The notes under the pieces are model-generated. The model was not told the DNA's origin. It worked only from the letters and a program-made list of their open reading frames with translations, and did not search any database. The translations under genes were made by a program, and so were the position numbers. Shown here in pieces: positions 28,392 through 37,569 of a stretch of 64,000 nucleotides of DNA; positions within the stretch are counted from its first letter, which is position 1; every line of letters begins with the position of its first letter. The stretch comes from an uncultured bacterium (GTDB taxonomy: Bacteria; Verrucomicrobiota; Kiritimatiellia; PWTM01): positions 70 through 64,069 of the forward strand of contig CAACVY010000004.1 in NCBI GenBank assembly GCA_900661335.1, read 5' to 3'.

Positions 28392-29396
28392 ATGCCCATG
28401 CGCCAGCCATTTCTATCGTTGAAGCTCGGGCCTTTGAAGCTTGCCGGCATGATCGCCGTCACCTACGCCGGGTTTACGTTGGCGGCCATGTTTATTGCCA
28501 GCTATGTGGTCACCAACATGGCCACTTCCAAGCTCCAAATGACCGAGCTCGAGCTTTGGAAAGGGATTGCCTTCGTCGTCAGCACCGCCGGCGTTGTGTT
28601 TTACTTGAGCTTCGTCTTTCTGCATTGGCTCTCGGAGCGGGAAAAGGAACTTTCGAGCCACCGCCAAGCGTTAATCCGATCTGAACAACGGGGCATGGCA
28701 GGATTGCTGGCGTCCGCGGTGGCCCACAACCTGAAGAACCAACTTTGTGTGCTGATCGAGACCGTGGAGGAGCTGAACCGCACACACATGTTCGCCGAAG
28801 AGGTGCAACGGCTTCATGAGCAAGTAGACTCCATCTATCAAATGGTTCAGGAGCTTCAACAGATCGGGCGCGAACGGCAGGGTGAACCCGCCAGCGTGTT
28901 CGATTTCTCGCGCGTAGTCAAAGAGAGTGTTCGAATGGGACGGCTACATCCGAAGGTTCGCGCCTGTGAAGTCACTGTCGACACTCCGCAACAATTGCTT
29001 TGCCGAGGCTATCCGGCATGGATCCGGCAGATGCTATTCAATTTCCTACTCAACGCCGCCGAGGCCATGGGAGGCCGTGGTTCTGTGCGGGTGTCTCTGC
29101 GAGAAGACGAGGACGGCATTTGGCTGACCGTTTCGGACACTGGCCCGGGCGTGCCCCATGACGAGGTCCCCAACCTGTTCCAACCATTCTTCACCACCAA
29201 AGAGTGGGGCACGGGTTTGGGCTTGTTTTCCATCCGCGCCGCGGCCGAGGCACACGGAGGGCGCGTGTCGTATCGCCCAGGACCGTTGGGAGGCGCAGAG
29301 TTCCAGGTCTGGTTCCCTCCACGGATGCGCGAAGGGGCTGCTTTACACAGGCCGAACGGTTTCACAGAGCCGCCGCCGACGGGCTCGCATCCATAA
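28392..29396 (+). CDS. Sensor histidine kinase (2 TM, HisKA-like plus HATPase_c), orphan
   Basis: Two N-terminal TM helices are present. The H-box is SAVAHNLKNQL, the N-box FNFLLNAAEAM, and the G-boxes SDTGPGV and GTGLGL. The start may be the second Met at 28398. No response regulator is adjacent. Confidence 0.85.
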   Translation: MPMRQPFLSLKLGPLKLAGMIAVTYAGFTLAAMFIASYVVTNMATSKLQMTELELWKGIAFVVSTAGVVFYLSFVFLHWLSEREKELSSHRQALIRSEQRGMAGLLASAVAHNLKNQLCVLIETVEELNRTHMFAEEVQRLHEQVDSIYQMVQELQQIGRERQGEPASVFDFSRVVKESVRMGRLHPKVRACEVTVDTPQQLLCRGYPAWIRQMLFNFLLNAAEAMGGRGSVRVSLREDEDGIWLTVSDTGPGVPHDEVPNLFQPFFTTKEWGTGLGLFSIRAAAEAHGGRVSYRPGPLGGAEFQVWFPPRMREGAALHRPNGFTEPPPTGSHP

Positions 29397-30989
29397 GCCA
29401 ACCGCCGCAACAACTTCTGCGACCGACGCCGTCACCCACCCGGCGAACGTACCCTGGGAAAATCCGTAGGAGTGTAGGCCGATGCCGAGCAGGTTGATGG
29501 CCAACCACGCAGTAAGGACCACGGGCACCGTCAAAATCGCGCCGGCCGCCAACCCAGCCTCGTCAATCAGATTCCCTGCCCGCGCATGGAACACCGCGGC
29601 GGTCCACAAGACGATCAACAGCGCGCCATTCTCCTTGGGATCCCATCCCCAAAAGCGTCCCCACGACTGATCCGCCCACACACCGCCGAGCGCTGTACCA
29701 AGAAAGGTCAGCGCCAGTCCAAATGCCAGGTAGCCACGTACGGTGTGGAACCATGGACTCGCATCCGCTGGGCCGCGACTTCCCGCCACCCATAGGGCCC
29801 AATGTGCCAGCGCGCCCGCCAGCAAACAACCTGAGTACCCCAAGGTGATCGTCAAGACATGCGTGGTGAGCCAGAAATTGGAGTCCAACACGGCAACGAC
29901 CTTGGCCATCACGTCTCCTTCGACCTCGTACCTCGCCGCGACTGCCAACAAGGCGGCGGCGAGCGCCGCAACCACGATGCCTACAGGGCGGCGAACCTCG
30001 GGTCGGCGCGGCCACAACGCGGCAAAAGCCACGACCCAACCGACGAACACGAAGGTAGAGTACAGATTCGTCACCGGCGGCCGTCCCATGATAAACGTTC
30101 GGGCCGCCAGCCCGACGGTATGAGCCAGCCAACCTGCCCACATCATTCCACTTCCGATCGTCCACCGGCCCCATTGACCCGGCGGCGCACTCAGCGCCAA
30201 CCAAGCCAGAGCCGCCAGCACATAGGCTGCGATGGCCCACGAGAACGGCCTCCATCGATTCATCCACGACTCCACGTTCAATCGCACGTCCAAGTGAGCG
30301 ATGGAACTACATTGGGCCAGCGTACGGCGGCGAATGTCGGATACTAGCTGCAGTACGCGTTCACGATCCCGCTCGCGCCAGGCTTTTGCCAATGCACGCC
30401 AGAGGTTCGCCACCTCCAGCGCAGCTGGCCCCGCCGCTCCAAGTTCCGAAACGGGCAGCCAAGGCGAATGTTCAGCGTTTTCCTGCGGCCATACCGCAGG
30501 AAGGTCATTACGAGACAATCCGGCGTATAGTTCCAGGGCGGCGCCCAACCGCAAGAACTCGCGATCCACCACGGTGCGCTCGTTCGAGGGGCGCTCCGAG
30601 GCCTCGCGGTACAGCTTCGCCAACGTAGGGAGACTTCGTTGCAGTTCCAAATGCGACACTCGACGCCGAGGAGGATCCGACGGCAAGTCCAACGCGTCTA
30701 ACACGTCGGGGTGATTAACCAAAATCCACGCTTGACCGTGCACTTTCTCGGCGTCGAATATCAGATCTGCAATCCACGCAGCCGCACTTCGTCCACTCCA
30801 CGACGGGCGGCCGCAGATCTGCCACATAGCCAGCCGAGCGTACGTGCCCATGGGCATGGGCCGCCCGCCTTCCAAGACCACCAGGTCTTCGAATGCCCGC
30901 AGCATTCGGCGGTCCGCGTCCGCCGCCCACGCCACCGTCAGCACCGCCCAAAAGGCAAAGACCGTGGACCGAACACGGCTCCGTTTCAT
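29343..30989 (-). CDS. ccsA: Cytochrome c biogenesis protein CcsA/ResC (System II heme handling)
   Basis: It has the WWD-type tryptophan-rich motif WGRFWGWDPKENGALLIVLW and multiple TM helices. It forms an ATGA overlap with resB. Confidence 0.88.
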   Translation of the reverse strand: MKRSRVRSTVFAFWAVLTVAWAADADRRMLRAFEDLVVLEGGRPMPMGTYARLAMWQICGRPSWSGRSAAAWIADLIFDAEKVHGQAWILVNHPDVLDALDLPSDPPRRRVSHLELQRSLPTLAKLYREASERPSNERTVVDREFLRLGAALELYAGLSRNDLPAVWPQENAEHSPWLPVSELGAAGPAALEVANLWRALAKAWRERDRERVLQLVSDIRRRTLAQCSSIAHLDVRLNVESWMNRWRPFSWAIAAYVLAALAWLALSAPPGQWGRWTIGSGMMWAGWLAHTVGLAARTFIMGRPPVTNLYSTFVFVGWVVAFAALWPRRPEVRRPVGIVVAALAAALLAVAARYEVEGDVMAKVVAVLDSNFWLTTHVLTITLGYSGCLLAGALAHWALWVAGSRGPADASPWFHTVRGYLAFGLALTFLGTALGGVWADQSWGRFWGWDPKENGALLIVLWTAAVFHARAGNLIDEAGLAAGAILTVPVVLTAWLAINLLGIGLHSYGFSQGTFAGWVTASVAEVVAAVGLWMRARRRRLCETVRPV

Positions 30990-32083
30990 CGGCGTCTCCC
31001 CGGACTCAGATAGTGCAGCACCATGCCGGCAAACATCAGCGCGCACGACACGTAGGGCAACAAGCGCACACGGTTTTCGCTCACCGCTAGCACCGAGATT
31101 TCGGGACCATCGGGATGGTCGATGTAGGAGGACTGGTAGAACGTGAACGGCCCGTAGCGGAATGGTCGGTTCATCGAAATCACCACGGGACGCTGACTCC
31201 GTCCGTCGAAGACTTCGATGCGACTTTCAAAGCTCCGAGGAATCCGCGAGTTCGGATAAAACTCCTTCTGAAAGTCCACCAAGCGAATCGTAATCGGCAA
31301 CGGATGTCGAGTTCGTCGTAGATGCACGAACACTGCGTCCGTCGTGTCCCTGCGAGGGATCCGCAGCGCGTCGCCTTCTCCCACGAGCGCGAACCGGTCC
31401 GTTCCCACCCGAAGCACGACCGCGGGGATCGCGCGTTCGGGATCCACGTGCCGTGCCGACCGCAGCGCCTCCGGCGAGGGAGGCTGTGACCCACTCCACT
31501 CGACCGAAGACCACACTCGGTGAACCGTGGCGCCGTCGGGCATGCCCGGTAACGGCAAGTTTTGGCCCGGCCGAAGGCTTCGCAAATCCCATGCGTGGAC
31601 CCGTCGGCGAGTCTCGCCCACTGGCTCAATGATGACGAGTTCCCACTCATGGCTGGACACTCCGACCGACGTGCTTTGGCCTTCCGCCAGCGTCACAGTA
31701 CTTTCGCGCGCGTGGTGTACACCGACCCAGCTGCCCACCAGCAGCAGACCCAGACCCAAATGCAACACCCACAACCCCACATAGCACCGGATCGGCCGGA
31801 ATCGTTGGAACAACGATGCCAGCAGGTTCACGAAGAACACGGCCAATGTTCCCACCATGCCCGGCAGTGGCAAGCCCACGGGTCCCCGAAACCACCACGA
31901 GCGGAAGACCCGCTGTAGCGCGCCGTACAGACCCACTTCGGGGTTCACCTGCGCCACGGTGCCCCAAACGGTCAATACGCACATCCACAACAGGCACGCC
32001 ACCGTCCACCGCAGGGAACCCAGATATTGCAACAGAGTGCGCCAGTGCGGAAACCGGGATCCGATCGAACCGATCGCTGACAT
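30986..32083 (-). CDS. resB: Cytochrome c biogenesis protein ResB/Ccs1-like
   Basis: It lies upstream of ccsA and is translationally coupled to it. N-terminal TM helices, a large periplasmic region and a C-terminal TM fit the family. The sequence resemblance is to ResB-type proteins. The ATG at 32083 is preferred. Confidence 0.72.
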   Translation of the reverse strand: MSAIGSIGSRFPHWRTLLQYLGSLRWTVACLLWMCVLTVWGTVAQVNPEVGLYGALQRVFRSWWFRGPVGLPLPGMVGTLAVFFVNLLASLFQRFRPIRCYVGLWVLHLGLGLLLVGSWVGVHHARESTVTLAEGQSTSVGVSSHEWELVIIEPVGETRRRVHAWDLRSLRPGQNLPLPGMPDGATVHRVWSSVEWSGSQPPSPEALRSARHVDPERAIPAVVLRVGTDRFALVGEGDALRIPRRDTTDAVFVHLRRTRHPLPITIRLVDFQKEFYPNSRIPRSFESRIEVFDGRSQRPVVISMNRPFRYGPFTFYQSSYIDHPDGPEISVLAVSENRVRLLPYVSCALMFAGMVLHYLSPGRRR

Positions 32084-32190
32084 GATGAAGTACTTTACGC
32101 CACGACACGCGTTCAGCAAATGAGCAGGTACTTGCGCGAGAGCGCGATCGCGCCACGTACGTCCGCCCGCCCGCTGGTCACCCTTCACCT

Positions 32191-32212
32191 CGATTCGGAG
32201 CACTCCGAATCG
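32191..32212 (-). terminator. Stable hairpin just downstream of the sulfatase stop (no U-tract)
   Basis: CGATTCGGA-GCAC-TCCGAATCG is a 9-bp perfect stem with a 4-nt loop. It lies 7 nt after the stop codon of the minus-strand sulfatase. Confidence 0.3.
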
Positions 32213-32218
32213 CTGCGT

Positions 32219-34096
32219 TTACTTTGACGTCGTGAGGTACTTTACCATGTGCGCGATGTAGCCAGCTCCACGGGCCGGCGCATTGGGGTCGCGACGTGGC
32301 AAGGCGGCGATTTCGCGCCGCAAACTTGCTGCGATCTCGGGCATGGCTGCCAGGGCGTTAAGCGCCTCCAAGGACACATACGCTCCAGTCCGCTCGGGCG
32401 ACATGAGTTCACGAAGAGTTCGTTCCACCTCGGTCCGCAGCTCCCCCGATCCGTACCGACCCAAAGCCTCCGCAGCCACGATGCGTACGCTGGGAGAGTC
32501 GTCGTTCAACAGTGCGCGAAGCTCCTCTTGAGCCGCACTCACCGCCGAAGGTCCCCGAATCAGAAGGCCCATGGCCGCCCAATACCGGACTGCGCTGTCG
32601 GCGTTTTGGACGGCCGAACGCAGCCAGGGAACCATTTCGGGATCTCGTCGTGCGGCACGATCGGCGGCATCGAGGATCCGCTCCAAGGGATACCAGCGGT
32701 CATCCCGCGCGAGCTCTCCCAGGGTCATGCCCGCCAGCCGCGCACGGCGATACCGTTCGGCCTCGGGAAGAAAACCCAGGTCACGGACCTGCAGCAGATG
32801 TTCACGCAAGGCAGCTCGAAACTCTGCCAACTGCGAGGCCATTTCGGGCCGCTCCGCCAAGTTCCGCGTCTCGTGGGGGTCGTCGGCCAGATCGTAGAGC
32901 TCCTCGATCGGTTTCTCTTCCCAAAAGCGCTTCTGCGCCTCGTGGGTCAGCTGTCCTCGATCGTACAGCTCTTTCCAAATGCGCGTGGTGGGAGTTTGAA
33001 ACATGTAGTCAATATACTGACCGTAGGTCCGGTGGGGCATGAAGTGACGAAGATAGACGTACCGTGACGAGCGCACGGAGCGCACCAAGTCGTAACGTTC
33101 GTCCATGCGCCCGCGCTGCCCAAATAGATACTTCGGTGCGGGCCCCGAATAGGGACCCAAAAAGGCCTTGCCATGCATCCACGATGGAGGCTCGATGCCC
33201 GCCAAGCTCAACACCGTGGGAGCCAGATCTACGAAGCCCACCATTCGTTCGACCACCCCTCCCGGCTGGTAGTCCGGCCCGGCCAAATGTCGGAACTTAG
33301 GCGGCACGTACACAATCAAACCCACCTGCAACCCCGAGTTGTAGGGCCACCGCTTACACCGAGGCATGCCCGGGCCATGATCGCCATAGAAAAACACGAT
33401 CGTGTCTTCAGCCAAACCATCCTGATCGAGCTCTTTCAAAATCGTCCCAGCCTGCTGGTCCATCACCTGGATCTGGTCATAGTACTGCGCCCAGTCTTGG
33501 CGAACCTCCGGCGTGTCCGGGTGGTACGGAGGCACAGGAACTTTCGCAGGATCGTGCACCCACGTATGCGGGCGCTTTCGCACCTGGCTTTCATGCGTGA
33601 CGGTGAGATTGAAAATCGAGAAAAATGGCTGGCCCGGTCGGCGGTTCCGCCAGTGCGCTTTTGGCGACGAGTCATCCCACACCACGCCGGGCTTGGTCAG
33701 GTTGTAATCCTCTTTGGAATTGTTGGAGCAATAGTAACCCGCCTCGCGGAGAAACTGAGGATACATTTTCAGAAAGGGCGGCGGCGCCACTTCGCTCCGC
33801 ATGTGCTCCGCACCCAACGACGCCGGATACATTCCCGCAATGATCGCCGTTCGCGCCGGCGCACATACCGGAGCCGTGGACCACACGGTGCGGTAAATCA
33901 CGCCGCGCCGGGCCAAGGCGTCCAAGTTCGGCGTGGTGGCAAACTGGTCGCCGTACACGCCGAGATGGGGGCCCATGTCTTCGCAGGTGATCCAAAGGAT
34001 GTTCGGGCGAGCCACCGGCTCTCCTGCGATCAGCGAACTAACCCATGAGATCGCCACACTGGCCCACACGAAACTGAACCGTATCTGTCTCATCAC
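32219..34096 (-). CDS. Sulfatase (formylglycine-dependent, arylsulfatase A family) with C-terminal HEAT-repeat domain
   Basis: A signal peptide, PNILWITCEDMG and the CAPARTAIIAG (CxPxR) FGly motif are present. The C-terminal ~150 aa carry HEAT-like repeats (SAVRYWAAMGL and SPSVRIVAAEALG). Confidence 0.9.
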   Translation of the reverse strand: MMRQIRFSFVWASVAISWVSSLIAGEPVARPNILWITCEDMGPHLGVYGDQFATTPNLDALARRGVIYRTVWSTAPVCAPARTAIIAGMYPASLGAEHMRSEVAPPPFLKMYPQFLREAGYYCSNNSKEDYNLTKPGVVWDDSSPKAHWRNRRPGQPFFSIFNLTVTHESQVRKRPHTWVHDPAKVPVPPYHPDTPEVRQDWAQYYDQIQVMDQQAGTILKELDQDGLAEDTIVFFYGDHGPGMPRCKRWPYNSGLQVGLIVYVPPKFRHLAGPDYQPGGVVERMVGFVDLAPTVLSLAGIEPPSWMHGKAFLGPYSGPAPKYLFGQRGRMDERYDLVRSVRSSRYVYLRHFMPHRTYGQYIDYMFQTPTTRIWKELYDRGQLTHEAQKRFWEEKPIEELYDLADDPHETRNLAERPEMASQLAEFRAALREHLLQVRDLGFLPEAERYRRARLAGMTLGELARDDRWYPLERILDAADRAARRDPEMVPWLRSAVQNADSAVRYWAAMGLLIRGPSAVSAAQEELRALLNDDSPSVRIVAAEALGRYGSGELRTEVERTLRELMSPERTGAYVSLEALNALAAMPEIAASLRREIAALPRRDPNAPARGAGYIAHMVKYLTTSK

Positions 34097-34135
34097 GCGA
34101 CGTCTCCATTCATCTGACCTTTGCCCGTACGCCGC

Positions 34136-36208
34136 TCAGTTCTCGAGCAGCGCGCGAGCATCGCGCTGTCGCTCAGGCGAACTGCCCCCCTGAGCGATCC
34201 GCTCCAGCACCGGGCGCAACTCCGCGGGGAGCGGTCGAAGTCCGCGCGCCACACGCAGGACGGATTCTTCCGCCTCCGCACGGACCTCCGCGCGATCGAT
34301 CCACTGCGCCGCCAACTGAGCTGCCCCGGCCAGCGGGATGTCGGCTAGAATCGCCAGGCACACCTTCTGTTCCTCCGGAAACTCCAACAATGGCGCGATT
34401 TGGCGGACCGTTTCCAGCCGTTCCGATGGCTGCATGGCGCAACTGCGCAACACCGCGACCAACCCCCGCTGAGCGAGCCGTCGGGTCTGAGCATCCTCTT
34501 GGCGTGCCGCCTCCATCAGCGCAGGCAGGGCATCCGCGGTCTTCCAGTTGCTCAACGCACGCACAGCTTCGCGCCGTTCCGCGGCGTCGGCCGAACGGAT
34601 CGCACCGGCCACGACCGGCAGAACCTCCCTCCCCTGAATCCGGCCCGCTAACCCCAGCAAGGCCACGCGGGAGACCGACCCCGACGCCGCGCGTTGCCAA
34701 GCCGGCAGCCACCGTTCCCGCAGTCTCGGTTGGCGAAGAGCCAGCGCCTCACCCGCGGCCCACCAAGTGGCGAGATCGGATTCTTGGGCCGACAACAACC
34801 CTGCCAAAAAACGGTCCAAGTCCCCTGGACCTGACAGAGCTGCCAACTGACGGATAGCCTCCATACGCACCGAAGGATTCGAATGCGTCGCAAGTCGCTC
34901 TGCCCACGGCAGGGCTGCCGTAGTTCCGCGCTCCCCGGCCGCACGAAGCAACTCGGTCAGCACCGGATCCGACGCGTTGGGAAACATGGCCACGAGCGCA
35001 TCGTCCGCGCCTTTGGCATTGAGCCTCGCTAAGGCCTTTCGCGCGGCCACGCGTTCAGCGTCGGTCCCTTTCTCCGATGCCGCCACTTGAACCAGCACCG
35101 ATACGCTCTCCGCATTCCCGGCTGTCGCCAGTGCACGCAACGCCGCCAGCCGGACCGCCGGTTCGCCGGTTTGTCGAAGCAGATGATGAATGCTGGCGGC
35201 TGCCCCACTCACGCGCCGGTCCTCGATCAGTCCGAGCAAACCAATTTGCGCGGAGGGCGACAGCAGCGAAGCGGTACCGGCTAAGGAGACCAGCACTGAG
35301 TCCGGTGCCCGCTCACGGAGCAACTGCAAACCGACCAGTTGGTACGCCGCATTCGTCGAGGCCAGCAACGCACTCGCATGCACGGGAACCTGTGTAGACG
35401 CCGATGCGCGTTGAACGATCGCCAACGCGGCGGCGCGCACAGTGTCGGGCGGCGACAACGCATCCAGCGTCAACAACGCATGGTCTGCACACGCCGCATC
35501 TTGGCGCGACAGCGCGGCATCGAGAACCGATAGCAAGGCCTCCCACGCCGCCGGGCCGGCTACGCGCAACCGATCGGGAGGAGTTCCGGTCAAAGCCTCA
35601 CATGCCTCAGGTGTCGCAATCCGGCCCAAGGCCCACACCACGCGCGCCACGACCCCGGAGTCGGTGGACTCCAGCCCTTGGCGCAAGCACGCCACGGCCT
35701 CCGGCACACGCTGCAAGCCCACCACATGACATAACCGAGCTTGTGCCGCCGGACTGACCGCAGGCATGGCCGCGACCATTCGACGCACCACCGCCGGATT
35801 CCGCATCCGTTGCATCGCCATCCCGGCGTCGTCTCCCAAGGCCGGATCGTCCAACAACTTCAGCAACAAGTCCGCCGCTTGCTCTCCCCCGAACCGGCCA
35901 AGTTGCGCGATGGCAAACTGGCGGACTTCACGTTTCGCTTGGGGGTCCCCAGCCAGCCGTAGCAGTTCCTGTTCGGCGATGCGACGACTTCGATCCGTGC
36001 CACAGCGGTTGAGCACCTGTTCCGCTTCGATCAGCGGCGACCGATCCTCCCCATACGACCAGCTCCGGACTCGGTCCAACGCCGCCCGCACATCCCCCTC
36101 CGCCGCGCTCGGCAACGGCACCGTCGAACACGAGAGCCCACCCAGAACCAAGCAAACTCCTACCGTCGCTCCACTCGCGGCCCGTGCAATCCAATCTCCT
36201 CGTTTCAT
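34136..36208 (-). CDS. Large HEAT-repeat lipoprotein/secreted protein
   Basis: AGGAGG lies 7 nt before the ATG at 36208. The N-terminal signal ends in GGLSCS. About 690 aa consist of Ala/Leu/Arg-rich HEAT/armadillo-like repeats (e.g. VRLAALRALA, SVRMEAIRQLA, RREAVRALS). Confidence 0.8.
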   Translation of the reverse strand: MKRGDWIARAASGATVGVCLVLGGLSCSTVPLPSAAEGDVRAALDRVRSWSYGEDRSPLIEAEQVLNRCGTDRSRRIAEQELLRLAGDPQAKREVRQFAIAQLGRFGGEQAADLLLKLLDDPALGDDAGMAMQRMRNPAVVRRMVAAMPAVSPAAQARLCHVVGLQRVPEAVACLRQGLESTDSGVVARVVWALGRIATPEACEALTGTPPDRLRVAGPAAWEALLSVLDAALSRQDAACADHALLTLDALSPPDTVRAAALAIVQRASASTQVPVHASALLASTNAAYQLVGLQLLRERAPDSVLVSLAGTASLLSPSAQIGLLGLIEDRRVSGAAASIHHLLRQTGEPAVRLAALRALATAGNAESVSVLVQVAASEKGTDAERVAARKALARLNAKGADDALVAMFPNASDPVLTELLRAAGERGTTAALPWAERLATHSNPSVRMEAIRQLAALSGPGDLDRFLAGLLSAQESDLATWWAAGEALALRQPRLRERWLPAWQRAASGSVSRVALLGLAGRIQGREVLPVVAGAIRSADAAERREAVRALSNWKTADALPALMEAARQEDAQTRRLAQRGLVAVLRSCAMQPSERLETVRQIAPLLEFPEEQKVCLAILADIPLAGAAQLAAQWIDRAEVRAEAEESVLRVARGLRPLPAELRPVLERIAQGGSSPERQRDARALLEN

Positions 36209-36219
36209 GATCGCCTCCT

Positions 36220-37569
36220 TCAAATCGTCCACGGCGCCCGCAAGGGTCGCCGAATCCATCGATCGGCCTCCGAGTCGCCGACGATCCGTTCATGTTCTGC
36301 GTCCCAGCGCAGCGGCCGGCCGCCGAGCTCCATACTCGCGTTGAGCAAGTGGCAAATCGTCGCCGTACGGTACCCGATCCATTCGTGCGCCACCGGTTTC
36401 CGGCGCGAGCGGACACAGTCCAAAAAGTTCCGATGGTGCCCTGGACTACGCTCCGTGTGTTCTTCGTGCGGAAGGATCCGCTCCCGTAACAGCGAAGGCG
36501 GATCGGCCTGCAGTCGCCCGCCATGGATCTGGATGAAGATCCAGCCGCGGGTTCCGATCAGCTTCAGACCGCGGTCGCCTTCGCTGCGGCCATGGACCCG
36601 AACTCCATCGGCATACCGGAACTCGAACTCGAAGTCCATGAAGGCGTCGTAGAGGGGGCTGGCCGCTCGGCGGCCGGCCGCCCGCAACTCCACAGGCATT
36701 TGCGTGTCGTTGTTGTGAATGAACTGAACCAGATCGAGGACATGTGCGCCACGGTCGGTCATCTCACCCCCGCCGGTGCTCATGACGAACCGCCAACCGA
36801 AATGGGTGGTTTCTTCCAGGTAGGGGTGCCACGGCGCCGGTCCCAACCAAAACTCATAATCGAGTGTCTCGGGTGGCTCGCTCGGCCGCACGGGACCGGT
36901 CGCGGCTCGGATCCGCTGGTGATGGGGTTCCGAGGTCGGCAACCGTACCTCGACCTCGCGCAGCGTCCCGATCCGGCCATTGCGCACCAGCTCCCAAGCA
37001 AACCGACAGGTGTCGTTGGAGCGCTCGTGGCTACCGGTCTGGAGGACTCGCCCGTAACGAGCCACCGCGTCCACCACGGCTCGGCCCTCCGGGATCGAGT
37101 TGGTCAACGGTTTTTCGCAATAAATGTCCTTCCCCGCGCGCGCCGCCGCCACGGTGATGATCCCGTGCCAATGGTCAGGGGTGGCAATGGAGACCGCGTC
37201 AATGTCCGGCCGAGCCAGCAGCTCGCGGAAGTCGTGGTAAACCGCGAACTGCTGGTCTGACACAGGGCGACCCGTTTTCTCGTATTGCTGTCGAGCGGTC
37301 ACGACCGCCGCATGCAAGCCCTTGGCGAAACCTTCTCGACCGCGCTCCACGTCGCACAACGCCACGATCTCCACATCGGGTTGCGCAATGAAATTGCGCA
37401 TGTTGCCCTGTCCTTGACTTCCGAGGCCGATGCAACCAATCGTAATCCGCTCGCTGGGTGCTACCCAGCCCCCTCGGCCTAACACGCGCGCGGGCACAAT
37501 CGAAATCGCTGCGGCACCGGCTCCACACCGGCGCAAAAACGTGCGTCTCGAATATGTCGTAGTTTTCAT
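36220..37569 (-). CDS. Gfo/Idh/MocA family oxidoreductase with twin-arginine (Tat) signal
   Basis: It has the Tat signal SRRTFLRRCGAGAAA, the Rossmann motif IGCIGLGSQG and the motif ATPDHWH...EKPL. Confidence 0.88.
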   Translation of the reverse strand: MKTTTYSRRTFLRRCGAGAAAISIVPARVLGRGGWVAPSERITIGCIGLGSQGQGNMRNFIAQPDVEIVALCDVERGREGFAKGLHAAVVTARQQYEKTGRPVSDQQFAVYHDFRELLARPDIDAVSIATPDHWHGIITVAAARAGKDIYCEKPLTNSIPEGRAVVDAVARYGRVLQTGSHERSNDTCRFAWELVRNGRIGTLREVEVRLPTSEPHHQRIRAATGPVRPSEPPETLDYEFWLGPAPWHPYLEETTHFGWRFVMSTGGGEMTDRGAHVLDLVQFIHNNDTQMPVELRAAGRRAASPLYDAFMDFEFEFRYADGVRVHGRSEGDRGLKLIGTRGWIFIQIHGGRLQADPPSLLRERILPHEEHTERSPGHHRNFLDCVRSRRKPVAHEWIGYRTATICHLLNASMELGGRPLRWDAEHERIVGDSEADRWIRRPLRAPWTI

